This document shows, in pieces, positions 36,978 to 50,408 of a stretch of DNA of 64,000 nucleotides (positions are counted from its first letter, which is position 1; every line of letters begins with the position of its first letter). The translations under genes and the position numbers were made by a program. The notes under the pieces were generated by a model. It did not search any database. It worked only from the letters and a program-made list of their open reading frames with translations, and was not told where the DNA came from. Source of the DNA: Antedon mediterranea (Eukaryota; Animalia; Echinodermata); contig NC_092677.1 of the NCBI RefSeq assembly GCF_964355755.1, positions 15,894,101-15,958,100 of the forward strand, written 5' to 3'.

Positions 36978-39900
36978 TATATATATGCATGGCATGTTTC
37001 AGAGCCGTCAGACAACTACTAGTACTAGTAGGACTTGAATTGGCAAAAGTTGGCTCAATAGTGTCCAGATGGAAGAGAAGATGAGTCCTAGACTTGAGTA
37101 CCCCCGAGTAAAAACCGGTGCATATTAAAGTTGGAATTTATTCTGACTTAGTTAGGCCTCCACTGATTGTGAGGGCGTTTGTTGTATGAGAGACTATATC
37201 TGGTAGGTGAAAATCTGTGATAATACCATGGCTCTGTGGTCTAGTGGTATGATACTCACCCTGTAAACGTAGGTCACAGGTTCTAATCCCGCCAGACACA
37301 TACAACTAATAAAAAGCAAATCAGGCAAAGAACAGTAATTCTAAACCGCACCGTGATATACTGAAATTGAATTAATTCATTTTAAACGATAAAGATTAGG
37401 AAATCTGTGAGAATGAGAAAAAGTCTCCCCAACCGAAACTCAAACTCGGACCGCCTGCATCAGGCACAGAATATTAAGCGTTTTTATATCATATTTAAAG
37501 AAAAAGGGGTCTTTTTTGTTTGTAAACAGTTGTATTCGATATAACTTAACGTAATTAAAACATTTAAATAAATTAACGATCGGTTTTTTTTTTATTTACC
37601 CCTCTTTATAAAAAACCAATTTTTTTTTTTTTATGTTAACCGTTAAACCCATGTGTCACGGTGCAAGGCTAATTTATTCATAAGACATTTTAGGTTAAAA
37701 ACAGTATCACTAATTAATTTTTTTTTCTCAGTTATTTGCCTTTGGCGATGTTAAAGAGTCGCTACTTTTTCCAAAGTGATTAACCGGCGATTTCGCCTTC
37801 AACAATATTATCTCATTATATCCTATAAGCTTTCTAAAATTTCAAGAGAGACAAAAAAGGGCTACCATCGTTCTCGATAAATAGAGACAATAACTTCAAA
37901 GCTAATTCATACTTTTGATCATGACAAATAGAAAAGGTGTATGGTGTGTTACAATTGCAGCAGTGGACCATGAACATTCTTACTCAATCCCTAAAAAGCA
38001 TTAAACGTTCCATTTCAGTAGGATTTTGGTGGAAATAAGGTGTCTGAGTGAGTAGACCTACTTCAAATTATCGTTATGTTTAATAGTATACAAAACGTAC
38101 AAATAATGAATGATTATGAGTGTGATGGTACAAATAATTTCAAGAGATAAAGAGTAAACATGAAATTATTTATACTATAGCACGAATATAAAAACATTCA
38201 TTATTTGTTTTAAATATTTTTTTATAACATCTAAAAGAGGAATTTACTGTCAGATTATAACTAAGACAATCTCTATTTTGATTAGTATCACTCAATTCTC
38301 TGTTTTGAAAGATTAGTTTATTACTTTGTTTCACATCATGTTTCATATGTTTTGAGTCTAAACCAGCATTTTTTTTTTGACTAGAAGGTTCTGTCAAACC
38401 AACCTTGCAGTGCTAGTCTCTGCCGCTACATATGATGCTTTGAATGACAAGAAGCAATGTGGTGTGATTTATACCGATTTCTCAAAAGCTTTTTATTCTG
38501 TTCTCATGTATTTTCTTATTTTTTTAATATCTAAGTTTGGATTTTCTCTTTTGAAGTGGTTTAGTGATTTTACGAAATAGGCAACAGAAGGTCGTTACTA
38601 TTAATGGCCAGTTTTCCGAGTGGATGTCACGCATGGGTAGATTCTAGGTACTCTGATATTTAATTTAATTTATTCATTAACGATCGATCTTCCATTTCAT
38701 TTTAAATATTCTGATTCACTTTTATTTGACGATAATATTAAATTATTCAAACATTATTTCTTCCCCTCTGGATGCCCTTCAGTTGCAGGAAAATTATTCA
38801 CGTCTTGCTAGTCCAGTCAATCTATGACAAAAAAGGGCGTAACCCAAAACAAATTGCAATAGTTTCCAAACCTTTTTTATTTGATTCTATAAGCATCTAC
38901 CAAAATCGGTTCAATGGAACATACTTTTTAAGGGGTTTTAAGGTCATAGGGGTCAAATTACACATTTTTCTATTTTGAAAACTACTAGGCGTAGCATGTT
39001 AATTTTGGTGTTTAACTACTCAGAAGACCCATATTTATATGTACTCTAATGAAACCTTTTTACCAAAAATTACAGGAAAGCATGTTTTTGACCTTTGACC
39101 TATTTTATTGTATATTTTCGTATATTCGTATCTTAGTAACCAGTGGGCGTAGATGAGCGTTATTTGCGTCAAACTACTCATAAGGTCAATGTTTATATTA
39201 GTTCTAATGGAAAAGATTCGTGTAAAATGACCGGAAGTCATTATTTTGACCTTTGACACATATTCATTATTTTAGATTTCTCAGTAACTACATTTTTTAT
39301 ATCTCAGTAACCACTAAGCACAACTTCGTCAATTTTGTGTCAAAAGATTCAGAAGACTCATATATTTATATTCACTATAGGCCTAATGAAAAAGTTTTTT
39401 TAAAAATGGATAGAAACTATGTTTTTGACCTTTGACCTATTATACCAGTATATTTGTTTATATTTACTCTAATGAAAACAAATGCAAATGTACAATATAA
39501 CCGAAAATCATTATTTTGACCGTTGTCATGAATAAATCTCGGGTCTCGAGTATAACATTTTAAATTTGACCAAATAATAAGTGCGGCGATCTGACAGACG
39601 TTGGGCTGGAATATCAACTGATCTTGCCATAGAACAGTGTCTTATGCGTAGCATAAAAACAAGAGGAGGTCTAACAAAAAAAAAAAAAAATTCAACGACT
39701 TGTCTGGGTCCTTTCAACTCCAGTCTGCGCCAAGATCAATCATTCAATGCAAGAGTTCACTAACGTGTTGTATACTACCAGTGAACAACATAAAGAAACA
39801 ACATATGCCAGAAAGATGAAGGACCTCAGTGATGTACAAGACATATCAAGGTATCTGACACAGCGAAATCCATTCAATACAGACAGTACAAAATCACTGA

Positions 39901-42304
39901 CAAACATTGCAACTGGAGTGACGGCACATATCAATGTAGACTGTGACAATGCCAAGCATGTAGCAGGCCCGTAGCCAGGGGGGGGGGGTTGTATGGTTCG
40001 GGCGAATCCCCTTTACAGCGACCCCCCCCCCCTCCCCATAACCGACTGTGAACCCCTATCCCCGACATCCACAATACCTCACCACACCCTCATCTCTGAA
40101 AATGCCCCACAATACAAAAGGTTGTTTGTAAATTGAAAAATTTGTAAACTCGTCCGTGAATAACTCATACCTTATTGTTAAACAAATGAATTGGTTGCCG
40201 ATTTTCACCTGAAAAATAATACGAATTTTTGGTCCCAGGATGTAACATGATATTGACGCGAGCTTGAGCACGAACGAATCGTACAAAGAACACCGTTAGA
40301 CAACCGCGTACCTATTGTTTCGATCACTGGCAGTCAGCATGCATAAAGTATATAGCCTTCCGACGTACATCAAAAAATGGAACGCTGCGGTTACCTACAA
40401 TATTTATGTGTGGCTATGAAGTATAGTGTATCATCATCATAGAGGATTATAGTGAATTTAATATATTACACTATAATATCTATGGTATCATGTACTGTAG
40501 TTTACATTAGGCCTATGGCATTCGATTATTTTTTTCTAGACCACCAGCCGATACGTAGGCCTACTCAACTGTACCAATACCACCTATTTACATTGATATA
40601 TTTAGTTTCCTCAACAAATTGCTGTAAATAAATATAGATAGAGCTATCAGGGGCGGTCACAGGACTATTTTAAGAGGGTTGCCCAAAGACTCCAGGGCTG
40701 TAGACACTGAGTATTTGAGCAAGCAAATTGTTAAATGACACCCCTAGATGGCCGCAAATAGTACTCTCGCACGTAAATTTATGATAATTTTTTTTTCGTT
40801 CAATGCAAACGTCGCGGGGAAGTCTCCGATTAAGGTACTTTTGGTACGGTAATACATTCTAATAACTGTACTCAATTAATGTAAATTAATTATCAATTAA
40901 TAATTTTAAAAAGTTGTACAAAAAATATGAAGCAGTTGCTATAAATATATTGAGCAAAAGGTTAAATTGTATAATTTGGAATTTTAATTCATTTAAAAAT
41001 GCTAAATAAAGTCAGATGTTAAAACCACATTTTCCAAAAATTCATTTTCATTTATCCACTATAAACTTTACAAAAGTGTTGTTTTAAACCACACTCCAAA
41101 TAAAACAAAGAAAATAATGATAGGAAATTTGCAGAAAGAAGCAAACTTTGCTCTGTTACCGGTATAACACGGTTCAAGTTTTGGAACGTCTATAAATTAC
41201 TACGGAAATTCGGCCTATTTACGACGAACGTACGGAAATGAAAATAAATAGGGAAATACAACACTATACGCACAATTATGATTTGGCCTAAAAATTGCCC
41301 TTAGATTATGGAAAACCCCCGGCAAAACGCAATAATTATGGACAAATCGATTATTAGCCTTGGCAATATGGCTAATATTTAAAAGGAATGAATATAGGCT
41401 ATATTTCGTTTGTCGATGAATTTTTTAAATCATGTGTGAATGATTGATCCATTAGAGGTAATCTGTGATGGTTCTAGTAACACTGCTATGCGTGCGTAAT
41501 TTGTGAATAACGTAGTAGTATGCTACATACACGAGCCTAGATAGGGAGGATCTGTACTGTCGTTCATTGCGAGAGGAGGGGGAAGTCCGGTAATGTGTCA
41601 TGAAAAATGTAACAAGCCAGAGATGAAATAAAATTACTAACATTTAGCTGATTGTCGTTGTTTTAGTCGTCGTCAGAAGTTTATCGACCGACATCTATTT
41701 CTCATGTGTAGTAGAGCGTTTCTTTGATTGAATAATTTTTTTTTGTATTATAACACAAGTTCATTTTGGATTTTCAGTAAATTACCAATTGTTTATTCAA
41801 AGTCAAACTGTAACTAATCCCTCACTATTCAACCAAAATGTTATTATACTACTATATTGTTGAAAAATGGATTGCGTGACTTGAAAATAGATTGATAGTA
41901 AAAGGTAATAAAGACACGTTCTTGTCTGGTTATTAGGTATGCATGCTCTGATAAAGCAGAGGATTATTTTTATAGCGTTCCATTTAAAATAGGTTTTATT
42001 ACAAAGAAATATTTTGGTTGTGAAGGTCGTTTTAACAATTAGGCTAATATCAAAACATTCAACAATGATAAAATGCCCTGCAACTCTGTAACTACTTTAT
42101 GACTAAGCCTATCAAGTTCCGTGTCCGGATGGTATACGATGAAATGGAACTCAATTTCAATTTAGTGGCAGAAACAACATTTAGTATGAAATTAAGGCTG
42201 TTGCCTGGGCCACAAGGGAAACACAGTGACAGTGGGACAGTGACCCAAATACTTAGTGTCCGAACCCCCCCCCCCCCCCTTGACAGATCCTGGCTACGGC
42301 CCTG
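36529..42304 (+). repeat. Segmental tandem duplication, copy 2
   Basis: Begins TATTATTTAAACAAGCACG, identical to 23173; homology stops at the hAT right end. Confidence 0.95.
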
Positions 42305-43621
42305 TGTAGGTCAACAAATTGTGCAATCAATGACAAACCAAAAGGTCGCCGACTACACATTTCGGAAAAAGAGCCAATCCATTACAATGAACTCTAAAAG
42401 CGCATTGAAGATAAAAGATGATGTGGTCAATGTAGATCCTTTACTTCTATTTCAACGACTTGTAACTGCCGGCACAAGATGCGATAATGTATCAGATATA
42501 TTTAGATTGTTTGAATCACCAGATATGATGAGGTCTGCAAATAAAGCTAGTTTAGCTGATAGTTTGTGGTCAACAGCAATCGAGGTTGCTCCAGAACCTC
42601 CTGATCAAATTCAGTACGTCTTAGATGGAGGAGCACTACTTCATAAAATTCCATGGACAAGAGGGGCTTCAGGGGTGACATTATGAGAGTATACACTAAA
42701 TATGTTTCTCACAAATATGGAAAACCCATTGCTGTTTTTGATGGGTACGATAACTCACTAAGTACAAAAGACTGTACACATACAAGGAGAAGTGGTGGTG
42801 GTGGTGTAGCTGTACACTTTGACCAATCTATGACCTTACAAACCAAAAAAGAAGAATTTCTGTCAAACGTTCAAAACAAACAAAGATTCATTAAGATTTT
42901 GGGAAATAGTCTTGAAAAAGAAGGTTGTACTGTTCACCACGCAGAAGCTGACGCTGACTATCTTGTGTCGAAGATGGCTCTGTCCTACGCAGAACAAATA
43001 GGCACGGTTGTCATCGCAGATGATACAGATATCCTGGTCCTCCTTATCCACCATGGTGGTCACACCAAACATAATGTATGGTTCAAGCCAAACCAAAGGA
43101 AAGAAACTAAAAAGGTGCAACGATATTGGAACATTGCGGCAACAAGACTTGACCTTGGCAGCGATGTTTGTAAATATATCCTATTTTGTCACGCGTTCCT
43201 TGGATGTGACACGACATCGCGATTTTTTGGTATTGGGAAAATCAAAGCAGTAACTAAAGTAAGAAGTGACTGTTTATTTTCTGAACAAGCCAAAGTGTTT
43301 ATGACTTGTAAGGCAAACAGACAGGAGGCAATTGCAGCGGGTAATAATGCCATTTTGTCTTTGTATGGTAGCAGCGATAATGAGAACCTAGATGAATTGA
43401 GGTTTCGTAAATTTCATGAAAAGACTACATGCAGTACTAAAGCAGTTCATCCACGTTCTTTACCCCCAACGGCATCAGCGGCAAAGTATCATAGTCTAAG
43501 GGTGTACCAACAAGTTAAAATTTGGCTTGGAAATGAAGAAAATGTACCTCCAGATAAATATGGATGGAAGATCAGCCAAGGCAGGATGATACCATATTTG
43601 ATTTGTTTTGTGTGTTTTTAG
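39580..43621 (+). pseudogene. Academ transposase / XPG-like nuclease pseudogene, split by a hAT insertion and frameshifts
   Basis: RRSDRRWAGISTDLAIEQCLMRSIKTRGGLT; ...DNAKHV|GQQIVQSM...VDPLLLFQRL...YVLDGGALLHKIPW; VFDGY...HAEADAD...IADDTDILVLL...HAFLGCDTTS.FFGIGK...LPPT.SAAKYHSLRVY.QV..W (FEN1/XPG-like acidic motifs). N-terminal half and Cys-rich tail are missing. Confidence 0.9.
39964..42304. mobile_element. Non-autonomous hAT-like element with 5-bp TSD (hAT5-type)
   Basis: TIRs CAGGCCCGTAGCCAGG / CCTGGCTACGGCCCTG; TGTAG at 39959-39963 and 42305-42309; removing the element and one TSD restores the Academ frame. Confidence 0.85.
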
Positions 43622-44501
43622 AGTAAATATAAACAGAATAATGAATAGTTAAATGTTATCTTGGGTGCTGATCTATGAAGAAATATAACACCAATATATT
43701 GCCCCAATTACTAAACGTTTTCTGGATAGACATCAAAGGTAAAAATAATTACTTTCGCATTGACTATATACACAGACATTTTTTATTAGAGTGGATATCC
43801 TTCTGAGTTGTTTGACACAAAAAATGCTCATCTACGCCCATTGGTTACAAAGATATGAATATACCAATATAATAGGTCAAAGGTCAAAAGAGTAGTTTCC
43901 GGTCATTTTTTTGTAAAAAGTTTTATTAGAGTGAATATAAATAAGGGTCTTCTGAATTGATTAACACAAAAATTACGAAGTTACGACTATTGGTCACCGA
44001 GATACAACAAATTTAATTAGTGAAATAATATAAAATAATGAATATATGTCAAAGGTCAAAATGATGTCGTCTGGTCATAATACACAAAACGTTTTCATTA
44101 GAGTGAATATAAACATAGACCTTCTGGGTATTTTGACACCAAAAACGCTTGTTTACGCCCAGTGGTTACCGAGATATGAATATGCCAAAATAATAGGTCA
44201 AAGGTCAAAAACATGGACTCCGGTCATTTTTGATAAAAAAACTTTCATTAGAGTGAATATAAATATGGGTCTTCTGAATTGTTTGACACCAAAATTACCA
44301 AGTTCGGCCAAGCGGTTACTGAGATATACAAATATATAATTTGACCCTCATGACCTCTTGACCCCTTAAAAAAGTATGTTCCACTGAACCGATTTTGGTA
44401 GATTTTGGAAATGTTTCTTCCAGGAACATATAGAATCAAATAAAAAAGGTTCGGAAACTATTGCAATTTGTTTTGGGTCTATCGGTAGATTGACTGGACT
44501 A

Positions 44502-44570
44502 TGCCGACTGGGCGAAGACTTGGGATCTTGGCCTGGATGTTGGGAAATTTAAATGTATGTCCTTTACCTA
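44502..44570 (+). pseudogene. Continuation of the LINE RT interrupted by Academ
   Basis: DWAKTWDLGLDVGKFKCMSFT matches the RT W...W.L..N..KC motif that normally follows the YADD region left at about 38730-38808. Confidence 0.7.
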
Positions 44571-44929
44571 CCACTTTGACCAGGCAACTCCCTGCTTTGA
44601 CTGCCATATGCTTTTTCCGTTAGCCACTGCCACCGCCAGCGTTTAGCTAATTTCAATGTTTTTACTAAGCTGATTGAAACTACGTATGTGATTTGATTGA
44701 TATTTTATTTAGACTAACTAACGATTTTAGCTTTACTAAGATTAAAGAACGTTATTAAATCACAATATGCAACTCGTAACAGTAAAATAAATGTACAGTA
44801 ACCCCCTTTTTATGTTGAAAAAGTCGACATGTTATGAAACTGAAGTAAACTTTACTTACACGTTACAAACAGTGCTTGTGTGTCACTATATTCTATAACC
44901 GATTCGTTTATGAATGATGCTTCCAAAAC

Positions 44930-45305
44930 TTCTCTAAAACTAAAGGCTTTTGAATTAGTTGTTCCATAAGTCAATAACCGATGTTGAGAACAAGTTCTGC
45001 CTATTTCTTAGATGAGTAGGCCCTACGAGATTTACACATTTTAAAATTGTGTTCAACTCAAAGAAATTCTCAGAGTTGCATCTATCAATACCCCTGAACA
45101 TTTTGAAAACATGAATAGTTGCCGATTTTGACCTTCTATATCCCTGGGTAGGTAAGTGCAACTTAATGAGCCGTTGGCTTAATCGTATTGTTTTAAATCT
45201 ATTATCATTCTTGATGTACGCTGCTGAATTTTTCTAGCTTGTCAGATTCTTTCAGAAAAATATGCTACCAAACAGGACTGCAATATTCCATGTATAGGCT
45301 TACTA
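44930..45305 (-). mobile_element. Decayed CR1-type LINE ORF2 3' fragment
   Basis: Minus strand MEYCSPVW ... VFKMFRGID ... RNRQNLFSTSVIDLWNN. Confidence 0.7.
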
Positions 45306-45310
45306 TAGTC

Positions 45311-45843
45311 TTATCATCAATTTTGACACCTATGTAGTATGGGGTCGTTGTAACCAAACCCTCAAATATAAACTCCAAGTACTCCAAAATAGAGCGGCTA
45401 AAATATTTACACATACATCTAGGTATGACTCTAGCTCACAGGCGCTCAAAGATTTAAATTGGCCTAATTTAGAAGAAAAACAATATTACAACGAAGCAGT
45501 CACAATGTATAAAATATTGAATAACTTGACACCATCCTACTTAAGAATCAGATTCTATAAACGCAAACAAACATATAATACTAGATCAAAAGATATTCTA
45601 AGTTTACATAAGGCAAACACTGAGTATAAAAAGAAAAGTTTCTCGTATTCTGGCGCAAAGCTATGGAATAGTTTAAATGCTATAAACTCAAATGCAATTT
45701 TTTTTTTTTTTTTTTTTTTTTTTGGACTGTAAATGATAACTTAATATTATAATGTAATAGTATAAATAGTTTTGTAGTAAGTAACGGCCTTGTGAAAAAC
45801 ACCAATATGGTGATTCAAGTGTTGCATCCGTTTTTAAATAAAG

Positions 45844-45885
<42 letters not shown>
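45311..45885 (+). mobile_element. 5'-truncated L2/Crack-group LINE 3' end
   Basis: VVWGRCNQTLKYKLQVLQNRAAKIFT...LKDLNWPNLEE...MYKILNNLTPSYL...YNTRS...KKSFSYSGAKLWNSL; AATAAA followed by a (TTA)n tail at about 45848-45885. Confidence 0.85.
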
Positions 45886-45886
<1 letters not shown>

Positions 45887-48129
45887 GTTCGGGATTATAG
45901 GGATTAGGATAGGGATTACAACACGGTCCATTTTATATTGAAACTTAATATTATCTCTTCTACCAAAATGCTACATTTGTCTATGTTAAATGGTAGTTAG
46001 TATTTCACAGACCATTCGAAAATGGGATTGCATGATCTCTCTTTTCGAAAAACGTGTTGTCTTTTAGTGAACAGATCATTGCTTTCAATATGATCCACTA
46101 CAAACGTGGATCAGACAACAACCTCACGAGACTGAACATTTTCAAAAGCATGCATTAATGCCATCATTATCAACATTAGATTGCAATTTTCCGTTAGGTA
46201 GAATTAGTACTGAACGGCACGTGATGCGACCAATCCAATATATACAGGTATGTTATAATATATTTTATTTTCTGTTATAGAAGTAACTAACACGATGGTT
46301 GTCCTACTTTTAAGATTGACTATGTATGCTCTAAGTACAGGATTATGTTTTGGTAAGTACTTTCGACATGCTTTAACAAAAATTGTCTACGGACGATATG
46401 ACTTAAAGTTCTTATTATTCCTTCAATTTTATTCTTTCCCATGTCCAGCGCCTGTAATTAAACCAACTATAGGATAATTTCCATTAATTATGCTTAAAGA
46501 CACTTTTTTGTAGTACTCCTTTATCATTTATGAGACTGTCTTCGAGTTTTACCAGTTTAAAATAAGTAGGAACTACAAAAAAATGAGAATGAATTTAAAT
46601 ATGATATTGAAAATGAATATTGGGAAGATATAACACTTTATGAAGACATCGATAATATACTTAAAAGCTATGTAAATACATTTCTTAAAATTGCGAATAA
46701 ACATACACGTACGTAAAAATGACTACGCCAAATCGAATCGTAGTACCCCTATATAAGCAAAATTAAAATTGTTGTGAACAAAATTAAAACAAGAAATATT
46801 TCGTACAAATAAAACGCCGCTCGACTTTTTGACTAACAATTTTAATCAATGACATTGTTCTTTCTTCAGATATAATGTTTTTTTATATCAATTATTTTTG
46901 TTTAACAATCAGTAGTAAATATCTTGTGTAAATAATTATAGTCTAGCCTACTGTACGGAACAAAAACATTATTCCTGGGTAGAGAGCATTAATTAATCCC
47001 TAATTTGACCCGGGCCCACATATACTGTAGGCCCAGTATATGCCTAGGCCTACTACCTAGGGATAACGATGCAACATTAAAAGTTAATAGCATACATTGC
47101 TTGTTGATATGTTGTATCAATATTAAAATAAAGAAAGAATTATGAAAATCTGACTTGTAGTTTTTGAAATATAGGGTCCAAAACATCGCCGAAAATAATA
47201 TTTTTAGCCACCAACGAAGTAAATAAATTGCGACCTCAGTAGGAAATTGGATGAACTTAAAAATTACGGTTATTAGTAATATATTTTGTATATCAACATT
47301 GTAAAATTCAATCAAATAATTATGATATTACATGTTTATTAAATAAAAAAGAGTGTTTATTCAACCTAATTCAAAGAATTTCAATACAGTTTCAGTTTCA
47401 GTTTCAGTTTCAGTTTTTATTTTCCAATATAAACAAGTAATGAATATATGCAAAAATGGAAGGATGACCAAAAAAGAGCAAAGCTCGTACAGTATTTGGC
47501 CACCTTAACAAAATAATTAATACATGAAACAAACATAATTGAAGCACAGGACGACACAATACTAGCTAAACATGTTGGCAATGAACTCAAAGATAGTGCG
47601 ATAAAACCAAAAAAGCAAAAGAACAATGTAAATGTAAACATATTTGTAACACTCATTGATAAGTGAAGAGCAAATTATTGTTATACAACTTTTTAAATAC
47701 TTTGACAGATGATGAATTACGAATAGAAGCATCAATACTGTTCCATAAAATTGGAATACATTACTTTCCGGTGTGTTGAACATGCAGTCCTCACAGACAT
47801 CGTGACTTCACTTCCGCAGTCTTTAATTCGCGTCAAGTTAACCAATCAAAGGACGAGAATCAACCGTGAAAAATAAAAAATTAAATCTACAGTACAATCG
47901 GAATTAAACATCCTAAATACTACAATACAATTAGAATTAGAACATGGTAAATTACAAAACAACTAAACTAAATACTACAGTACAATCGAAATTACAAAAC
48001 AACTAAATACTACAGTACAATTGGAATAAAAAAAATAGTAAAAACTACAGTAGGCTACAATCGGAATTAAAACATCCTAAGTACTATACAATACATTGGA
48101 AATTAAAATATGTAAACTTCAAAACAACT

Positions 48130-48476
48130 GGAGCACTGTGGCGCAGTGGTTAGAGCATTGGACTTGCAATCAAAAGGTTGCCGGTTCAAGCCCAGTCCGG
48201 TCACTGCAGTGTTGAGTCATTGAGCAAGATTCTTGAGCAAGATTCTTTATCCACATTGTTCCTCCCACCTAGGGGATAGAAATGGGTACCAGTGTGTAAA
48301 AAGTACTGGGAAGGTAAATCAGACTCGTTTGTGCAAGATGAGTGGCGTACCCCCCCCCCCCCCAACTCTACAAACATACACACTTAGTGGAGTCTGGTCC
48401 AAACGCTAAGGAAATGGAAATGGAGATGGGCACCACGGCCGTTAGCATTAGCTTAGGTTTCGACTTTACCTTTACC
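48130..48476 (+). mobile_element. Full-length tRNA-derived SINE
   Basis: A box TGGCGCAGTGG, B box GGTTCAAGCCC, central GTCATTGAGCAAGA...CCACCTAGGGGATAGAAATGGGTACC block, CTTTACCTTTACC tail. Confidence 0.85.
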
Positions 48477-49149
48477 GATTACAATCGGTTAAATTACCTA
48501 CACTCTATAATGGTGTGAAATATGTAAAAGGAATGTTGGGAAACCCCTCTTCACCTGACTTACCACCACTTTATTCGCAATTAATTTTCAACAAAAATGG
48601 TAAACGAACTACTGTAATTTCTTTAATTTAATTAACACAAGAAAACAATCATTCGATAGAAAGTTCTTATAAGAGGGGCCGATTTAGTTTTTACGTTGTA
48701 CAAGACATCGGCCCAATCTCTATCGGTATATAGATAAATCATATTTTTTTATTTGTAAGGGATAAACTAAGAATGGATTTGAACCCAAGAACCTGACATC
48801 AGTAGACGAGCATAATTGAAGATTCATGGACATAATTATAAGTTTATTTGTTTTACTGATTACCTGATACATTTACATTTAATGCATTAGGCTAAATGTA
48901 AATAAATGAAACGATTGTAGATACAGATGCAGATTCATTGACATAATTATATGTACCCGGCTTAAGCTTATTAATAACAACGATTCTTCTCTGTACCTTT
49001 CTAAAATTATTCGATTTTTGTGGCAACAATTTCTTGAACAAAACATAAATGAAACGAAAGAAATGCGGAGAGATTTTCGAAAACATAATAAAAGAAATAA
49101 AAGAAATAATAATAGTATACAGTACATTAAATGAATTAATCAATTATGA

Positions 49150-49490
49150 CGTGTATAATAGGCTTAAGTTTAAATGGGTGGAAATGTTGACCATTATAGT
49201 TAAGAAGTTAAATATACTGCTTGAGGAAACTCGGTTCGTTTGGGGTAAAGCAGGATATTTGTACTATAGAATGTTTAAATAGTAAGTGATGTTCTATTTT
49301 GGGATATTGTATGTTGGGCTGGGCTGGGAATATCAGTAAGGGATAAAGACCGAATTGAGAAGGTGCTGGTTAGACAGGAGAAAGTAATTGGTTTTTCTAA
49401 TCAAATGCTTGACTCGTTCTACAGCGAACGGCTTGCCGATGTGTTTCATGCTATTTATTGAACACACCAATCATCCTCTTCATGGCAACA
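49150..49490 (+). mobile_element. Decayed Rex1-like LINE RT C-terminal fragment
   Basis: YCLRKLGSFGVKQDI ... CWAG ... DKDRIEKV ... KVIG ... HTNHPLH across frameshifts. Confidence 0.65.
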
Positions 49491-50408
49491 TTATCGGCTA
49501 CGTTTTTACTTTTGTTATTATAACGTTTTGATGCAAACCTTGTTCAATTTGAACATTTATTTCTACACAGAAACGTTTAAAAAACGTGTTTAAAACCTTT
49601 TAAAAAATAAAATACATTTAAAACATTGAAATGATTTGACGATTAAAAACGAATTTAGGTTACGATTTGCCTAAATAGGGGTGTTTTCCGATCGTGTTAT
49701 ACACTGTCTAATGGATGTCCATCTTGAAAAATACCCGAACACAATAATACGAGGATGCTTCGAATTTTCCTTCTACGATAATTGTTTTTAATAGCTGAAA
49801 ACCGGTTCAACAGCATGAGTACAGCATGATAATGTTGAAGACAGGCAGATTTTCTCAAATAACTGAAAATTAAATAAAATACTATTTTGATAGATTGAAT
49901 ATACGTTTATACAAATGTATTGATTTGCGATGAATGGAACATTCCCGTCTCTCCCGTATTATTATTATTTGGTTTAACACAAGTAGGTACATTTATTAGC
50001 CATTTAAGGTTAAACTTAATACCTTTAGATATAGTATTGCAATACTGTAAATACTTATAAATAAAAAATTTTGATTCATTTTGTGATGGCATGTATTATT
50101 GTGTCCTGCAGCGGTACGTACATTTAAAATTGCCAGTTTTTCACGCTGAAATTACAGTGTATTCGAGAACCATCTTTGCTCGCGTAGGCCTACCATGTAT
50201 TCATAATACACGCAATTCCATCGTTTACATAAATGTACAAATAATTTGATCAAGAACTCTATTAAATTCATGAGAAGCTAATTTATGGAATTCAATGTAG
50301 ATATTAAAACTACAACTACATCTACATCCCACATAAGATAAAAAAAAAAACTACATCTACAACTTTAAAATTTAAATTTGTATATAAGAATGATTTGCTT
50401 TCTAGATT

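Larger units (their letters stand above)
38809..44501 (+). mobile_element. Academ (XPG-type) DNA transposon, internally deleted, both ends present
   Basis: Long TIRs starting TAGTCCAGTCAATCTA and ending TAGATTGACTGGACTA; 3-bp TSD TGC at 38806-38808 and 44502-44504; subterminal repeats at about 38950-39530 and 43700-44350. Confidence 0.9.

Noticed and set aside
42099-42304. N-terminal part of the 195-aa ORF 42099-42686
   Set aside because: Chance read-through from the non-coding hAT end into the Academ frame; the real homology starts at about 42305.
48130-48205. Functional tRNA gene (also 25309, 37230, 14612)
   Set aside because: A and B boxes are present but acceptor and anticodon stems pair poorly, and the 48130 copy continues into a SINE body and tail.
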